Shown: in pieces, positions 62,046 to 64,000 of the stretch | Position numbering within the stretch: the stretch's first letter is position 1 | Layout: every line of letters starts with the position of its first letter | NCBI GenBank assembly: GCA_964252035.1 | Contig: OZ176211.1 | Direction: 5' to 3' (one strand) | DNA length: 64,000 nt | DNA from: Podarcis erhardii | Lineage: Eukaryota | Notes under the pieces: generated by a model | What the model saw: only the letters and a program-made list of their open reading frames with translations | Databases searched by the model: none | Told to the model about the DNA's origin: nothing | Made by a program: the position numbers and the translations under genes

Positions 62046-64000
62046 AGAAAAGCCATTTTCCTTATTAGCGATGGCAGTCAGAGGCTAAGCAGGTTAGTCA
62101 CCGCCTTGCTGGGAATCGCCGATTTCGCAAGCTCTGTCCCCCACCCCGTTTAGGATCTCTTGTCCCGTCCTTCCTTCCTCCTAGTAGTAGTTTGGGCGAA
62201 GCTCGCCGGGTGATTTGCCAGCCAGTTTAACTCACAACCGGCTCTTGTAAGTCAGCATTTAAAGCACCCCCCTGGGTGCTTGGTAAATAGGACTTGAGCC
62301 ATTTTTTATGCGGCAGATTGACATGTTGACGACTCTGCTTGGAGGAAGCTTCTTCCTCCTCGCTCCCCCCGCTTTTTTTTTTTTTTTTTTGCAAAAGCTT
62401 GGCAAGCACTTCATCAAGGATAAAAAGGTTCTGCCGTAAGGATGTCACTCAATTTATTGTGAAAGTCGAATGAATTACGTTTAATGAAAGTGCTCCCCCG
62501 ATGAATATTACCAGCCATTTTCTGAGTTGGCTCTGTCAGATTGATGGGAGGAAATGCCAGGCGGCCTCCCTGCCGCCACTACCACCAAGATCTCCAGCCT
62601 CAATGACGGACGCGAGCTAATCGAGGGCTGCTGCTGCTGCTATTACGCATAGGATCGAGAGGGCGGAGGATTCCCAATACGATGCGCAAGTTAACAAGGC
62701 GACGTTCCATTTCGCCTCCATTAGAGCTTCGATCCTGCCCATCGTCAGCCGTTGCACCAATTTCCGTGGGGCTGTTTTGCTTCTGGGTGAATATATGAGG
62801 TTGTGGAAATGCTATGCTTGCTGACACTTCCAGCCAGCCAGCCAACCCAATCTATAAACCGGAATTTGGCACCTCCCCTCTCCAATTTATTTATTTTTTT
62901 GAGAAGTTCTACCGAAGACATTTGGCAGGTTCAGAGTACACAGTGGCACTGGCTTCCCGATAAACTTAGCCTGTATGCAGCGATGCCTGGCTCAAGTACG
63001 CAAGGTGGGAAGGCACGCTCTATGTGAGAGCGGAGTAAACACAGCCAGTCTCTCCCTTAAAGGGGAAGACCTGGAGGGTTTGAATGTGTGACTGGCTTCC
63101 CCAGAAGTTCTCCAGCGTTGGCGTCTTATCTCACTAAGCACTGCAAAAGGCCCATCCACATATAAATCGCCCGAACACATTCATTTAATCGGAGCGAGCT
63201 CCCATAGTGTTAAGTGGGCTATTCACAAACCATGGGACTTGCTCCCGTGTAAATGCGGAGAAAATCGAGCTTGCACATCCCATTGACTTCACAATGGTTG
63301 GCAGCTAGACTGCATTGGTCCTGGTCGTTCTGGCTTGTAGTTACTGGGAATAGAGCTCCAAGCCAATGCATTTAAGATGGAGATGATTGTCCTATTAGCT
63401 TCTATGGAGTTTTCTCTCTCAAACATTCCCTCCCCTGATATGAGGTCCCTTCACTCCTTTTCCTTGAATGTAGCCCTCCCACTTCAACAAGGTTTGAAGC
63501 CCAAATTGCGTCAACTTATCCGAGTTGTGAATAAGACCAAATATTCCTTTGGGATTTCAGACTCCCGCGCACATTTTATGAGCTGCGTTAGCGTTTGCAT
63601 TAGTTCAATCGCTGGCCACAGTCTGATCTTAATCGAAGAGGATCTATCCTGCCATTCTAAAGGCAGCAGGGTCACGGTCCTGTTAGGTAGGGCTGTTGAT
63701 GCAGGAAGTTCCGGGTTCGGTCTCAGAAGTTCAGAATTACACTTTGTAGATTGGTTCTTAGTCTTGGGGTACCAAGGCGCTCCTCCATTCAAAACACTTC
63801 AAATTGAAATTAAATCTGCGATCCTACCCACACTTAAGAGTGAGTCCCATTGTAGACTGTTGGATTTACTTCTGAGTAAACCTGCACAGAACTGGGCGGC
63901 AAAGGTCTTAAAACATGCTAGTTTTCCTGGGCCTATTTCAATTTTGTCTGATGTATGCGGGCACTGAGTGTCAATACTTTTCTTTCATGGAAGTGTTTTC

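Noticed and set aside
62261-62281. CTCF-like palindrome AAGCACCCCCCTGGGTGCTT
   Set aside because: An extra G breaks the core spacing.
63377-63967. 196-aa ORF at the window end
   Set aside because: Intronic, overlaps an old hairpin repeat, and shows no similarity to the NXPH1 last exon (no KKMFGWGDF motif).
1-64000. CRISPR arrays, rRNA or prokaryotic defence systems
   Set aside because: Eukaryotic sequence; no repeat-spacer arrays or rRNA similarity seen.

Overview
Vertebrate genomic DNA from a squamate, most likely a lacertid lizard (Sauria SINEs, Squam3-like and tRNA/CR1 SINEs, Bov-B). Positions 1-52.5 kb are a repeat-rich, gene-free upstream region with MITEs, L2/CR1/RTE/L1 fragments, solo LTRs and several candidate conserved non-coding elements. 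From about 52.6 kb to the end is a broad CpG-retaining domain holding the 5' end of neurexophilin-1 (NXPH1, + strand): a long non-coding exon 1, exon 2 (54969-55130) with the 54-nt signal-peptide CDS MQPVYWYAVLLLQPALYL, and the start of the large intron 2. The rest of the CDS lies outside the window. Three observations stand out. (1) Six solo-LTR copies carry a reading frame that starts at LTR nucleotide 2; two diverged copies share protein motifs through mostly synonymous changes, which suggests a coding function inside the LTR. (2) A roughly 6-kb block has a permuted double duplication, X|Y...Y'|X'. (3) Two hAT MITEs sit inverted in one triplicated target site. The NXPH1 leader also has several uORFs, one in frame with the CDS. 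All alignments were done by eye; no database searches were run.
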